Shown here: piece by piece, positions 30,182 to 39,087 of the stretch | How the letters are laid out: each line of letters opens with the position of its first letter | Position numbering within the stretch: the first letter of the stretch is position 1 | Source of the DNA: a virus | Lineage: Duplodnaviria > Heunggongvirae > Uroviricota > Caudoviricetes | DNA length: 64,000 nucleotides | Direction: 5' to 3' (one strand) | Virus record (IMG/VR): IMGVR_UViG_3300033463_000001 | Coordinates: 83,298 to 147,297 of that record | Notes under the pieces: generated by a model | What the model saw: the letters and a program-made list of their open reading frames with translations, nothing else | Databases searched by the model: none | What the model was told of the DNA's origin: nothing | Program-made: the position numbers and the translations under genes

Positions 30182-30285
30182 TTCATAAAAATTATGCAGG
30201 AAAATTGCTTTTTTCATTGTGTTAGCATATTTATAGGTAGATAACGGTATGCCTAAGTATACCTAATTACTGAATAAGAAAGATT

Positions 30286-31614
30286 GTGACGAACATGAAT
30301 TTGAGACCGGAAGTTGTCAAAAAGTCTTTGGACGCAGTAGACAACATGAAAAAGGAAATAAACGAAAACACATCTGCTGTGCTGAAGAAGCTGCTCTCTG
30401 AGGCTGTTAAGGCAGACGTTGCTGCGGTTGACAATGAGGATACACCCTCAGATGTCAATACCGACGGCAGCAAGGTGGAAGGTACTACTGACTCCGGCAA
30501 GACAAATGATGAGCAATCGAAAGAAGAGGCTACGCAGACACCTGACGAGAATCAGGATGGCGACACCAACACAGAAGATTGGTCTGAATTTGATTCCTTT
30601 AAGGGGGAAGATGGGAAGTACGACCTTACAAATGCAAGTGACGAAGACGTCGTTAGAGTGTTTAAAAAAATGGACAATACCGATAAGCTACGCATCGTGC
30701 AGGACGGCGATAAGGTAGAAATCCATGACGGAGATACTGGAGCAGATTATATCATCGACTTGGGAGAAGAAGTAAGCAACAACCCAATTCAAAAAGAAAA
30801 CACCAATAAAAGTATGAGTAATACCAAATTACAAACTATTTATGAAGTTGCTTTGGGTTATACTGATTCATACCAAAGCAAAGATGCAATGACAACTCCT
30901 CCGAACACGGAAGTTGCACCGAACCAGCATCGCGATTTGAACGCTGGCATTCCTACCGGAAGCGAAAAGCCTTGGGCTAAACCTAACAAAACTGCAAAGC
31001 CGTTCGATAACAAGCAAAATGTAACCGAAGAGGCAAGCGGCAGTGTAATTGAGGATGAGGCTCAGGTAGAAGAAGTTGCAGCACACGCATCAGTTAAGTC
31101 AACTACGGTTGTTAAGAGCGACCCGACGAACCCGCAAGGACGTCCTCACCGTGGTACCAAACCTGCAGGTGCTGTACAGACAGAAGGTAAGAAATTCGCT
31201 GTTACAGAGGCTCAGCTCGCGAAGATTCAGAAAATCTTTGAGGAGAACGAAAGCCTGAAGAAATCGCTTGTGAAGTTCCGCAATGAACTCAATGAGGCTG
31301 TTGTTACTAACGTGGCCACCACACTTGCGCTCAAGACCATCCTTGAGAACACGACTACAGAGAATGAAAAGAAAGACATTGTCAATCGTTTCAAGACTGA
31401 AGCTAAGTCCATCGATGGCGCAAAGGCACTGTATGAGAGCATTAGCCGTGAGTTGAAAAAGACTCCTGCTGACAATCTCGCCGAGAGCATCAACCAAAAG
31501 ATTGTGGCCGGCAGTTCTGCACAACAGATTAACGAAGCCAAGGAGCAAGCACTGCAAGCAGAAAATGAAAGCATTGCTCGCATCCAGGACATGATGCACA
31601 GGGTTTGTAAGTAA
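30286..31614 (+). CDS. Prohead core/scaffold protein (gp22-like)
   Basis: Acidic coiled-coil protein between protease and MCP; late box at 30228-30234; start may be ATG 30295. Confidence 0.75.
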   Translation: MTNMNLRPEVVKKSLDAVDNMKKEINENTSAVLKKLLSEAVKADVAAVDNEDTPSDVNTDGSKVEGTTDSGKTNDEQSKEEATQTPDENQDGDTNTEDWSEFDSFKGEDGKYDLTNASDEDVVRVFKKMDNTDKLRIVQDGDKVEIHDGDTGADYIIDLGEEVSNNPIQKENTNKSMSNTKLQTIYEVALGYTDSYQSKDAMTTPPNTEVAPNQHRDLNAGIPTGSEKPWAKPNKTAKPFDNKQNVTEEASGSVIEDEAQVEEVAAHASVKSTTVVKSDPTNPQGRPHRGTKPAGAVQTEGKKFAVTEAQLAKIQKIFEENESLKKSLVKFRNELNEAVVTNVATTLALKTILENTTTENEKKDIVNRFKTEAKSIDGAKALYESISRELKKTPADNLAESINQKIVAGSSAQQINEAKEQALQAENESIARIQDMMHRVCK

Positions 31615-31652
31615 TAACCCACCTAGTAAAAGAAAAAGTAAATCTAGAGAAA

Positions 31653-33440
31653 ATGAATACATTTCTTCAATCCGGCCTGTTCGGCAACATGGAGCTCGAC
31701 CAGGCAAAGAAAATGCGTGAAGCCATCACCGAACGTTGGGACAAGTTTGGCTTCTGCGAAGGTTTGAGCGGTGTCATCAAAGAGAACATCTGCCAAATCT
31801 ATGAGAACGAGGCTAAGCACCTCATCAAGGAGGCTACTAACTCCGCTAGCTCTGGCTCATTCGAGACTGTAGTATTCCCGATGATTCGCCGTGTCTTCAG
31901 CAAGCTGTTGGCAAACGACATCGTGTCTGTACAGGCCATGAACCTGCCTATCGGTAAGGTATTCTTCATCCTTCCTGTTACATCGAAACGTGAGGAAGTT
32001 CAAGAGGGCGTATTCGAGCACGCTGGTCTTATGGGCTACAACCGTAAGGACAAAAACCAGAACGGTGCTGACACTCCCCGCTACTACCTCCCGGATGACG
32101 TTGTAAACCAGGGTGCTAAGCTCGTACAATTCTATGAGACGACTCTGTACGACCTCTACTACAATGACTTCCTTTATGACGAGTCTAAGGGTCGCGTAAC
32201 CATCGCCCTCGGTTCTGTTACTCCGGTTACTCTGGAGAAGAAACAATTCAAGCCGATTGCGAACACAGCTGACATCAAGACAGCTAACGACGGTACTGTT
32301 CACAGCCTGATGCTGGAGGTTAGTGGCTTCAATAGCTACAACGCTGGTAAGCTGACTGGTCCTGACGGTAACGAGATGGACACTGAGGAGTTCCTCGCTT
32401 CTATGAAGGTTTGGACACCGTCTGCAATCACAGCTGTTAGCGGTAGTGCAGCTTTCGAGGTTGGCGAAGAGATTCCGATGCACGTAATGACCCAGAAGTA
32501 CGGTAAGGGTATTGTTGAATACAATGCACCGGTTGACGTAAACGGTAAAATGTTTATCGAAATCGACCTTACAAAGCCTGGTAAGGGTGAGGAAGGTTAC
32601 GTAGGTGTTGACAAGGCTCAGTTGGCTAGCGTTCTCGCAGCTCTGAAGATTTCTTGGAAGCGATATGACAGCCTTGAGCTTGAGACCGAAATCGGTGAGG
32701 TTTCATTCAAACTTGACTCTATGGAGGTATCTGTTGTTCCGCGTAAGCTGCGTGCAACTTGGTCTCCGGAGCTTAGCCAGGACGTTGCTGCTTTCCACAA
32801 CATCGACGCTGAGGCTGAGTTGACCCAAATGCTTTCTGAGCAGGTAGCAGGTGAAATTGACCGTGAAATTCTTCGTGACCTCCGTAAGGTTGCTCCTTGG
32901 CAAGGTCGTTGGGATAGGAACGGTTGGAGGCGCCTTGAGGCATTCTCTACCAACTATACCCAGAAAGACTGGAATCAAGAGCTGATGACCGTTATCAACG
33001 AGATTTCTGCAATGATTCACAAAGCTACCCTGCGTGGCGGTGCGAACTACATTGTAGTATCTACAGAGGTTAGCGCTCTTCTGAACAACCTTGAGTACTT
33101 CCATGTAACTGACGCTAGCGCTGAGCAAGACCAGTACAACATGGGTATCGAGCGTATCGGTTCACTCCAGGGACGTTATCAGGTATATGTTGACCCGTAT
33201 GCACCTCACTGGTCTATCATCGTAGGTCACAAGGGTAAATCATTGCTCGACACAGGTTATATCTACGCTCCGTACGTACCTATGGCTCTGACCCCGACAA
33301 TGTATAATCCAGAGAACTTCGCTCCGGTTAAGGGCATTATGACAAGGTATGCGAAGAAGTGCGTAAACAACCGTTACTTCGGACACGTACGTGTAGACGG
33401 TCTCCGTATCTACGGTCACGGAACTCAATCGTTCCGTTAA
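31653..33440 (+). CDS. Major capsid protein (T4 gp23-like)
   Basis: FPMIRRVF, VSVQAMNLP, RKLRATWSPELSQD, AGEIDREI, YIYAPYVP, GIMTRY. Confidence 0.95.
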   Translation: MNTFLQSGLFGNMELDQAKKMREAITERWDKFGFCEGLSGVIKENICQIYENEAKHLIKEATNSASSGSFETVVFPMIRRVFSKLLANDIVSVQAMNLPIGKVFFILPVTSKREEVQEGVFEHAGLMGYNRKDKNQNGADTPRYYLPDDVVNQGAKLVQFYETTLYDLYYNDFLYDESKGRVTIALGSVTPVTLEKKQFKPIANTADIKTANDGTVHSLMLEVSGFNSYNAGKLTGPDGNEMDTEEFLASMKVWTPSAITAVSGSAAFEVGEEIPMHVMTQKYGKGIVEYNAPVDVNGKMFIEIDLTKPGKGEEGYVGVDKAQLASVLAALKISWKRYDSLELETEIGEVSFKLDSMEVSVVPRKLRATWSPELSQDVAAFHNIDAEAELTQMLSEQVAGEIDREILRDLRKVAPWQGRWDRNGWRRLEAFSTNYTQKDWNQELMTVINEISAMIHKATLRGGANYIVVSTEVSALLNNLEYFHVTDASAEQDQYNMGIERIGSLQGRYQVYVDPYAPHWSIIVGHKGKSLLDTGYIYAPYVPMALTPTMYNPENFAPVKGIMTRYAKKCVNNRYFGHVRVDGLRIYGHGTQSFR

Positions 33441-33467
33441 TCCGAAAGGATTAATCTCATAAAATTG

Positions 33468-33497
33468 GCAACTCGCAACTAGCGGGTTGCTTTTTTT
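33468..33497 (+). terminator. Intrinsic terminator after MCP
   Basis: gcaactcgc/gcgggttgc stem followed by T7. Confidence 0.8.
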
Positions 33498-33518
33498 ATT
33501 GTAAAATCGTCCAAAGGA

Positions 33519-33550
33519 TTTGCATATTTGAAAAAAATTACTTATCTTTG
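33519..33550 (+). promoter_or_regulatory. Bacteroidota housekeeping promoter (-33 TTTG, -7 TAnnTTTG)
   Basis: TTTG at 33519-33522, 20 nt spacer, TATCTTTG at 33543-33550. Confidence 0.75.
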
Positions 33551-33569
33551 TGTCATAATTTGATTTATT

Positions 33570-35234
33570 ATGCGGAAAGAACTATCCATAGACGAAAAAC
33601 AAGGAATTGTGAACGCGTACAACGCGGGTACAGGACTCGAAGCAATCGCTACAGAGTTCCACGTTGGTAAACTCAAAGTTAAAGCCGTGTTAGATGAGCT
33701 TGGTGTCAAACAGCAGGCTAAGCATCTACGTGTACCAAAACAGTACGTTGTCAAGGACGCATCCATTAAGAAATATCCGGATGTACCAGGCAAACACTAT
33801 GTCTGCACATGCAAGCTTGATGGGTTCAAAACGAACGACTACATGAATAAAGGAGGATTCCTGACGTCTCACCTGGAAAAGGAGTGTGGAATCGAGGTAC
33901 CAACTTTGTGGAAACGCAACGAGTATTACAAACTAACCGGAAACTACTGGCACGAGCAGTATTACGATATCGAATTGGTTGATGACAATTCAACCATCAA
34001 GTGTCCATATTGCGACTGGACGAGTGAGGACGTGGATAATAAATCAGGAATGTTTGAAACACACATCAAAAAGGTGCACGGAATAACTAAAATGGAGTTT
34101 CTTCACGAGCATCCGGAGTGGCGTGACTATTTCCGCTTGGTAAATAAGACGAAGGATAGAGAAATGGAAACGGACGAAAGCAAGTTCGTAACGTGTGCTA
34201 TATGTGGAAAGAAACTTGCGCGCATCGACTGGAAACACCTTCAAAATCATGGAATTACGGTAGATGAATACAAGGCGTTATATGGCGAGAAAACTATTTC
34301 AAATAGCCTACGCATGCGTTTACATGAATCTGGTGTTGAAAGCAACTTGTTAGTTCAACACAATTTCTCGTCTGTTGATGAGAACGAACTCTTGGAGTAT
34401 GTAAAACGGTTTTGCCCAGACGCGAGAAAGGATAGAACTCTATTAAATGGTCAGGAATTAGATATTTTCATTCCATCTAAACATATTGCAATTGAGTTTA
34501 ATGGATGCATGTGGCATACTGAACAATTTGGTGGTAAATCAACAGTATACCATTTGGCCAAAACTGAAATTTGTGAGTATTCCGGCGTGCGACTTATTCA
34601 TGTTTTCGAAGACGAATGGCACCTGCATCAAGAAATGGTCAAACGGAGAATCGCGCATATTCTTGGATTCAGCATGCAACCATCAATATACGCTAGGAAG
34701 TGCACTGTGCGAGAAATATCTATTGAAGAGGCAAAAACTTTCTTAGATGCTTATGATATGAGTGGTTTCTCGTATGCAAACGTTCATTTTGGCATGTTTA
34801 GTGACAACAACCTTTTAGCAGTTATGTCACTAAGAATCACTGGTGAAAACGAATGGCAGCTAAGCAGATTCGCAACTAACGACAATTATAGGCTCGTTGG
34901 TGCGTGTGGTAAACTATTAAGTTATTTCAAAGAGCGATACAACCCAAATCGAATCATATCATACGCCGATAGAAGATGGACTACGGCCGCACATAACATG
35001 TATACAGCAACAGGGTTTACATTCTCTGGATACACAAAGCCTCTGTATAGGTATTACAATCAAAAACAGGACAGATATAAACGCTGGCACGAGCGAACTG
35101 TGCGTAACATATTATTAAAGCATGGATGGAAAACATCTGGGTTAAGTAAACTAGAAATGGCTCGTAATCTAGGTTACGACCGTATCTGGGATTGTGGCCT
35201 TATCCGTTACGTATGGAGTAAAAGCAGTGATTAA
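33570..35234 (+). CDS. Free-standing Hef-like homing endonuclease (Zn fingers, Vsr/PD-(D/E)xK nuclease, GNAT-like C-terminus)
   Basis: CPYC...HIKKVH, CAIC...HLQNH, ELDIFIP...AIEFNGCMWH...FEDEW, ARKC...SYADRRW...RIWDCG. Confidence 0.75.
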   Translation: MRKELSIDEKQGIVNAYNAGTGLEAIATEFHVGKLKVKAVLDELGVKQQAKHLRVPKQYVVKDASIKKYPDVPGKHYVCTCKLDGFKTNDYMNKGGFLTSHLEKECGIEVPTLWKRNEYYKLTGNYWHEQYYDIELVDDNSTIKCPYCDWTSEDVDNKSGMFETHIKKVHGITKMEFLHEHPEWRDYFRLVNKTKDREMETDESKFVTCAICGKKLARIDWKHLQNHGITVDEYKALYGEKTISNSLRMRLHESGVESNLLVQHNFSSVDENELLEYVKRFCPDARKDRTLLNGQELDIFIPSKHIAIEFNGCMWHTEQFGGKSTVYHLAKTEICEYSGVRLIHVFEDEWHLHQEMVKRRIAHILGFSMQPSIYARKCTVREISIEEAKTFLDAYDMSGFSYANVHFGMFSDNNLLAVMSLRITGENEWQLSRFATNDNYRLVGACGKLLSYFKERYNPNRIISYADRRWTTAAHNMYTATGFTFSGYTKPLYRYYNQKQDRYKRWHERTVRNILLKHGWKTSGLSKLEMARNLGYDRIWDCGLIRYVWSKSSD

Positions 35235-35296
35235 CGCGTCTGATAGTGTTGTTATTCCGTTTCTTTAGGTATTTATTATAGAGGATATTTACGAAA

Positions 35297-36724
35297 ATGG
35301 TATATAAGACATATCTGGACAAATTCAATACTATAATGAGTGACTCGGAGGTCAGTGTAGGCTTGTCTCCGGTTGAGTTTATGTACTATGGTGGCGGTAT
35401 ATCCCGCGCATTGGTGCATTTTAGCCTATCTAAGCTCACGAATTTGGTTAATGGTAAAGTTGTACCAGATACATCAAAACTAACGCACAGACTCAAAATA
35501 TACACCTCAGGGGCGATTGAATATAACGGGAAGTGGAATACAGAGTATATCAATAACGTCTCAGACGCAGGAACAATGTTGAGAGCCGGTAATTGCTCAA
35601 TGATATTGTTTAAACTTCCGGAGCCGTTCGAGAGTGGTAATGGTTACGACTACAAAAAGCCCATCGCAGGCATATCCGCATTAGCAACGAACGGAGCAAA
35701 CTGGTATAATGCTTCAACTGGTAAAAAGTGGATTAGCGGTAACGGCGTGTACACCACAGACTATCTGAGCAGAGAGTTAGATAAGTTCATCGACGGAGAA
35801 AAGAGTATCATCATCGCCACACAGGACTTCACGGTTGGTAATGAGATACTAGACGTTGATATCACAGATTATGTAAACGCATTGTTAGCCGGTGAGGAGG
35901 AGAATAACGGAATAGGAATTGCATTTACGCCAACACTTGAGTGGATGGAGCTAGATGATACTACGCGCTACATATCTTTCTTCACTCACGAGACACACAC
36001 GTTTTTTGAACCGTACCTGGAGTCACGCTATGATGATGTTATCAACGACGACCGCAACGATTTCTACCAGGGGAAGACAAACAGACTTTATCTCTATTGC
36101 AACATCGGTGGTGAGTTGAGTAATCTTGACGAGATGCCCACGTGTTCCATTGACGGTGTAGGTGAGTTTGAAACGAAGCAAACAACGAAAGGGGTTTATT
36201 TCATTGAGGTTGACGGTAAAACATCAAAGGAACTGGCCGCAGGTGTTATGTTTTACGACACGTGGTCTAATCTGAAATTCAATGGTGCTGATTTGGATGA
36301 TGTGGAAATGGACTTTGTTGTAAAGCCGTATAAAAATTTCTTCAATTTAGGTAATGAGATTACGCACCGCGAGAAATACGTCCCGGAGCTATACGGTATC
36401 AAAGACAGTGAGATAATCAAACGTGGCGACGTGCGCAAACTGAACTTTGTTGCACGTGTTCCATTTACACGGAATCAGTTCGCGCTTATTGATAATATGG
36501 AGCTGCGCCTGTACGTTAAAGATGGCCTGCAAGAGTTTGATGTCATTCCATACGACCGTATTAACAAGGCCTTTGCTGAGAATTACTATACCATCGACAC
36601 AAACGAATTGGTGCCGGAGAAATACTACATCGATGTCAAAGTTACAACGGACGGATGCACAATCATCCATCACGACTTGGTTCACTTTAGCATCGAAAAC
36701 AATATAACAAATAAATCCATATAA
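35297..36724 (+). CDS. Virion structural protein (beta-rich)
   Basis: SRALVHF, DVDITDYVN, NNGIGIAF, FFEPYLE; late box at 35270-35276. Confidence 0.6.
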   Translation: MVYKTYLDKFNTIMSDSEVSVGLSPVEFMYYGGGISRALVHFSLSKLTNLVNGKVVPDTSKLTHRLKIYTSGAIEYNGKWNTEYINNVSDAGTMLRAGNCSMILFKLPEPFESGNGYDYKKPIAGISALATNGANWYNASTGKKWISGNGVYTTDYLSRELDKFIDGEKSIIIATQDFTVGNEILDVDITDYVNALLAGEEENNGIGIAFTPTLEWMELDDTTRYISFFTHETHTFFEPYLESRYDDVINDDRNDFYQGKTNRLYLYCNIGGELSNLDEMPTCSIDGVGEFETKQTTKGVYFIEVDGKTSKELAAGVMFYDTWSNLKFNGADLDDVEMDFVVKPYKNFFNLGNEITHREKYVPELYGIKDSEIIKRGDVRKLNFVARVPFTRNQFALIDNMELRLYVKDGLQEFDVIPYDRINKAFAENYYTIDTNELVPEKYYIDVKVTTDGCTIIHHDLVHFSIENNITNKSI

Positions 36725-36727
36725 GAC

Positions 36728-37483
36728 ATGTCTAAAACAACAAAACAAGAAGAAAAAAAGTACGAGCTCACGCACTCGCAGTTGAAAAATATTGTGAGAG
36801 AGGGTATCAAACGTTACAAACTCGCTGAGGCAAACGACCAATTCGAGCAAGAGTGTCGTGCTGAGGCTGACGAGCTCATTCAATCTTTCGAGCCGGAAGC
36901 AACGAAAATTGAGGTAGGCGATGAGTGGTTCTCTGTTCAATTGAGCAATAAGGACGAAGCACATCCGTTTAAGGTATGGATGGATATCAGCATCCGTGAC
37001 AATGACGTATATGTAGACTGGAACCAATACATCTTCCACCTTAACAACAGCGATGACGTTGTGCGCAAGATGTTCCAGGAAGACACAAGTATGTTCGAAG
37101 CCTGCGATTCAGAGGCTGTCTGGGCACTTGAGAACGGTGGATACATCTACCAAGATGACAACGCCAACTGGCACCGTACAGAGAAAAAAGACACTCCTGC
37201 TGCAGAAGGCAGTGAAACAACACCTGAGGTTAAAACCGAAGAGGTAGCAGCTGCTCCTTCAGAACCTAGCAATCCTGGCATTATGACCGGTGGCGGTGCG
37301 CCGAAGAATGAAGACCCGGCAGAGAAAGAGTTTATCCGCACAAAATGCCGCGAGTTTGCAAAACAAAACATCTGGCCACACTTCATTGCATACAACATGG
37401 AAACAGGAGAGGCTATTCCGTGTAGCAACTATGCAACAGCAGCAACATACAAAGCAAAAGGTATGAAAATTGCCGCACTGTAA
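36728..37483 (+). CDS. Hypothetical protein, putative internal head protein
   Basis: KKYELTHSQLKNIVREGIKRYKLAE. Confidence 0.55.
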   Translation: MSKTTKQEEKKYELTHSQLKNIVREGIKRYKLAEANDQFEQECRAEADELIQSFEPEATKIEVGDEWFSVQLSNKDEAHPFKVWMDISIRDNDVYVDWNQYIFHLNNSDDVVRKMFQEDTSMFEACDSEAVWALENGGYIYQDDNANWHRTEKKDTPAAEGSETTPEVKTEEVAAAPSEPSNPGIMTGGGAPKNEDPAEKEFIRTKCREFAKQNIWPHFIAYNMETGEAIPCSNYATAATYKAKGMKIAAL

Positions 37484-37505
37484 GATTTGGTTACATGCAA
37501 ACAAG

Positions 37506-37541
37506 AAAAATCCCCGTCTAGTTGTTAGGCGGGGCTTTTTT
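37506..37541. terminator. Bidirectional intrinsic terminator
   Basis: A-run, ccccgtcta/taggcgggg stem, T-run. Confidence 0.8.
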
Positions 37542-37543
37542 AT

Positions 37544-38512
37544 TTAGCTAATCCAAATATCGTTTGTTACTAGTGTGTTCAGGTCGAATGCTTGAAGGTC
37601 TTCCTGTTCCTTTTTACCAACCACACTGACAGGCTCCTGTGCCCATGAGTGCTCGTGACTAAAATATGCCTTGCGGAAGCTATCCAAGAATCGAACCAGT
37701 TTATCACCGTAAGGAAGTTGGTGTAGCGATTTGAACAATTCGTTAATCTCGTCTTTCGACATGAACTCCGGGAATTGCGACGTACCGTTCTGTGTGTAGA
37801 TGTTTGCTTTTTCATTCGAGAACAGTACAATTTTTTCAGCGCGCGTGCCAGCTAAACTATTGATACTCGTTACGTTATACGCATCTTCCTCAGACGAAGG
37901 AAGCGGCTTAGAAAGACTTACCACCATTCCGTCTGCAGCGTACTTCAAGAAATCAATAGCCGGAGTAGCTCTGTTCAATGTGACGTTACCAGGCACATTA
38001 CCATTCTGGTCTTTAATACGAATACCGCAACGAAGCATAACCTCATCATCGTGCACAAGAACGTCTTCACCTTTTCGGCCGACAATGGCTTGAGCGTCTT
38101 TTCCTGGGAACGCGCCGTTTGTCAGTTCTCGATGCTTCGTTAATACGCCATCTTTGAGCGGTTCCGAAGACCCATGAGATTTGAGCGCTGATGTAGCACT
38201 GCCTGTATTTGGAATGCCAGTAGCATCTGCATAGTCATCTTTGTAGAAGTTTTGTGGTTGAGAAATGATTGGGCCTACATACCACCTATTTGAGTCGGTA
38301 TCAGAAATTTTAGAGTTGATAACAATCACAGCCTCACCTACTTTCGGTATGGATTGAAATACCTTTGGTAGAAGAGGAAAACAATCTAATGCTTTGCTTG
38401 TATTGGTATGCCTTGTGTCAGAGTGTAGACGTACTTTAATGCGGCCTGCATCCTCATCGTCATCAATGGATACAACATACCCGATTCGTATTACATAATC
38501 GTTTGCCATCAT
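37544..38512 (-). CDS. Baseplate spike/hub protein (gp5/gpV-like OB fold)
   Basis: GYVVSIDD..DAGRIKVR, PKVGEAVIV, C-terminal HEH. Confidence 0.7.
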   Translation of the reverse strand: MMANDYVIRIGYVVSIDDDEDAGRIKVRLHSDTRHTNTSKALDCFPLLPKVFQSIPKVGEAVIVINSKISDTDSNRWYVGPIISQPQNFYKDDYADATGIPNTGSATSALKSHGSSEPLKDGVLTKHRELTNGAFPGKDAQAIVGRKGEDVLVHDDEVMLRCGIRIKDQNGNVPGNVTLNRATPAIDFLKYAADGMVVSLSKPLPSSEEDAYNVTSINSLAGTRAEKIVLFSNEKANIYTQNGTSQFPEFMSKDEINELFKSLHQLPYGDKLVRFLDSFRKAYFSHEHSWAQEPVSVVGKKEQEDLQAFDLNTLVTNDIWIS

Positions 38513-38694
38513 GCCTTATAAACGTGTCGTTTTTTCAACTCTAATGTAATCATATTGTATGCAGTATCAATATCTTCCATCTCGGAATAGAGTTTTAACA
38601 TCTCATCTTTGATAGCTGCGTGCCTCTCTTCGAGATTCTTCATCTCCTGCATCAAGGAGGCGTTATTCATTGACTTATAATCCACCTTTTCCAT
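38509..38694 (-). CDS. Small coiled-coil hypothetical protein
   Basis: 61 aa, overlapping both neighbours. Confidence 0.55.
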   Translation of the reverse strand: MEKVDYKSMNNASLMQEMKNLEERHAAIKDEMLKLYSEMEDIDTAYNMITLELKKRHVYKA

Positions 38695-39086
38695 TATTGT
38701 ATCTGCGCTACTCCATTTGGTATATTAATATTGGTACCGGTAACAACTACAGGTCCTCCAGCGTTGGCGCCACTTGCCGTAATAGCCATTGAACCAGGCC
38801 CGAAAGCAACCTGTACATTTGAATCAAACCGCAATGCCCGATAGAGCTCGTTCACAATACCGGCAACAAGTATGTTTGTCCTATTGTCAGACCCATCAGG
38901 GTTAGCACGAGTCTCTATACCCTTCTCTCCAAGGAACTTGATGATATTAGCCGTAGACACCATCACTGACAGTCCAGGCCGCTTAATAAGCGAACATACC
39001 ATGAATAATCCTGGTATTAAGTTCGCAGGCGGTCTGAGCTGCGACATGGCGTTCTTCAAACTATTTAATATGGTTTCTAGCGACAT
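38694..39086 (-). CDS. Putative baseplate-associated protein
   Basis: MSLETILNSL...GANAGGPVVVTG. Confidence 0.5.
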   Translation of the reverse strand: MSLETILNSLKNAMSQLRPPANLIPGLFMVCSLIKRPGLSVMVSTANIIKFLGEKGIETRANPDGSDNRTNILVAGIVNELYRALRFDSNVQVAFGPGSMAITASGANAGGPVVVTGTNINIPNGVAQIQ

Positions 39087-39087
39087 A

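Noticed and set aside
19465-33440. Inteins or introns in terminase, portal or MCP
   Set aside because: Frames are continuous, and no intein terminal motifs or LAGLIDADG blocks were seen.
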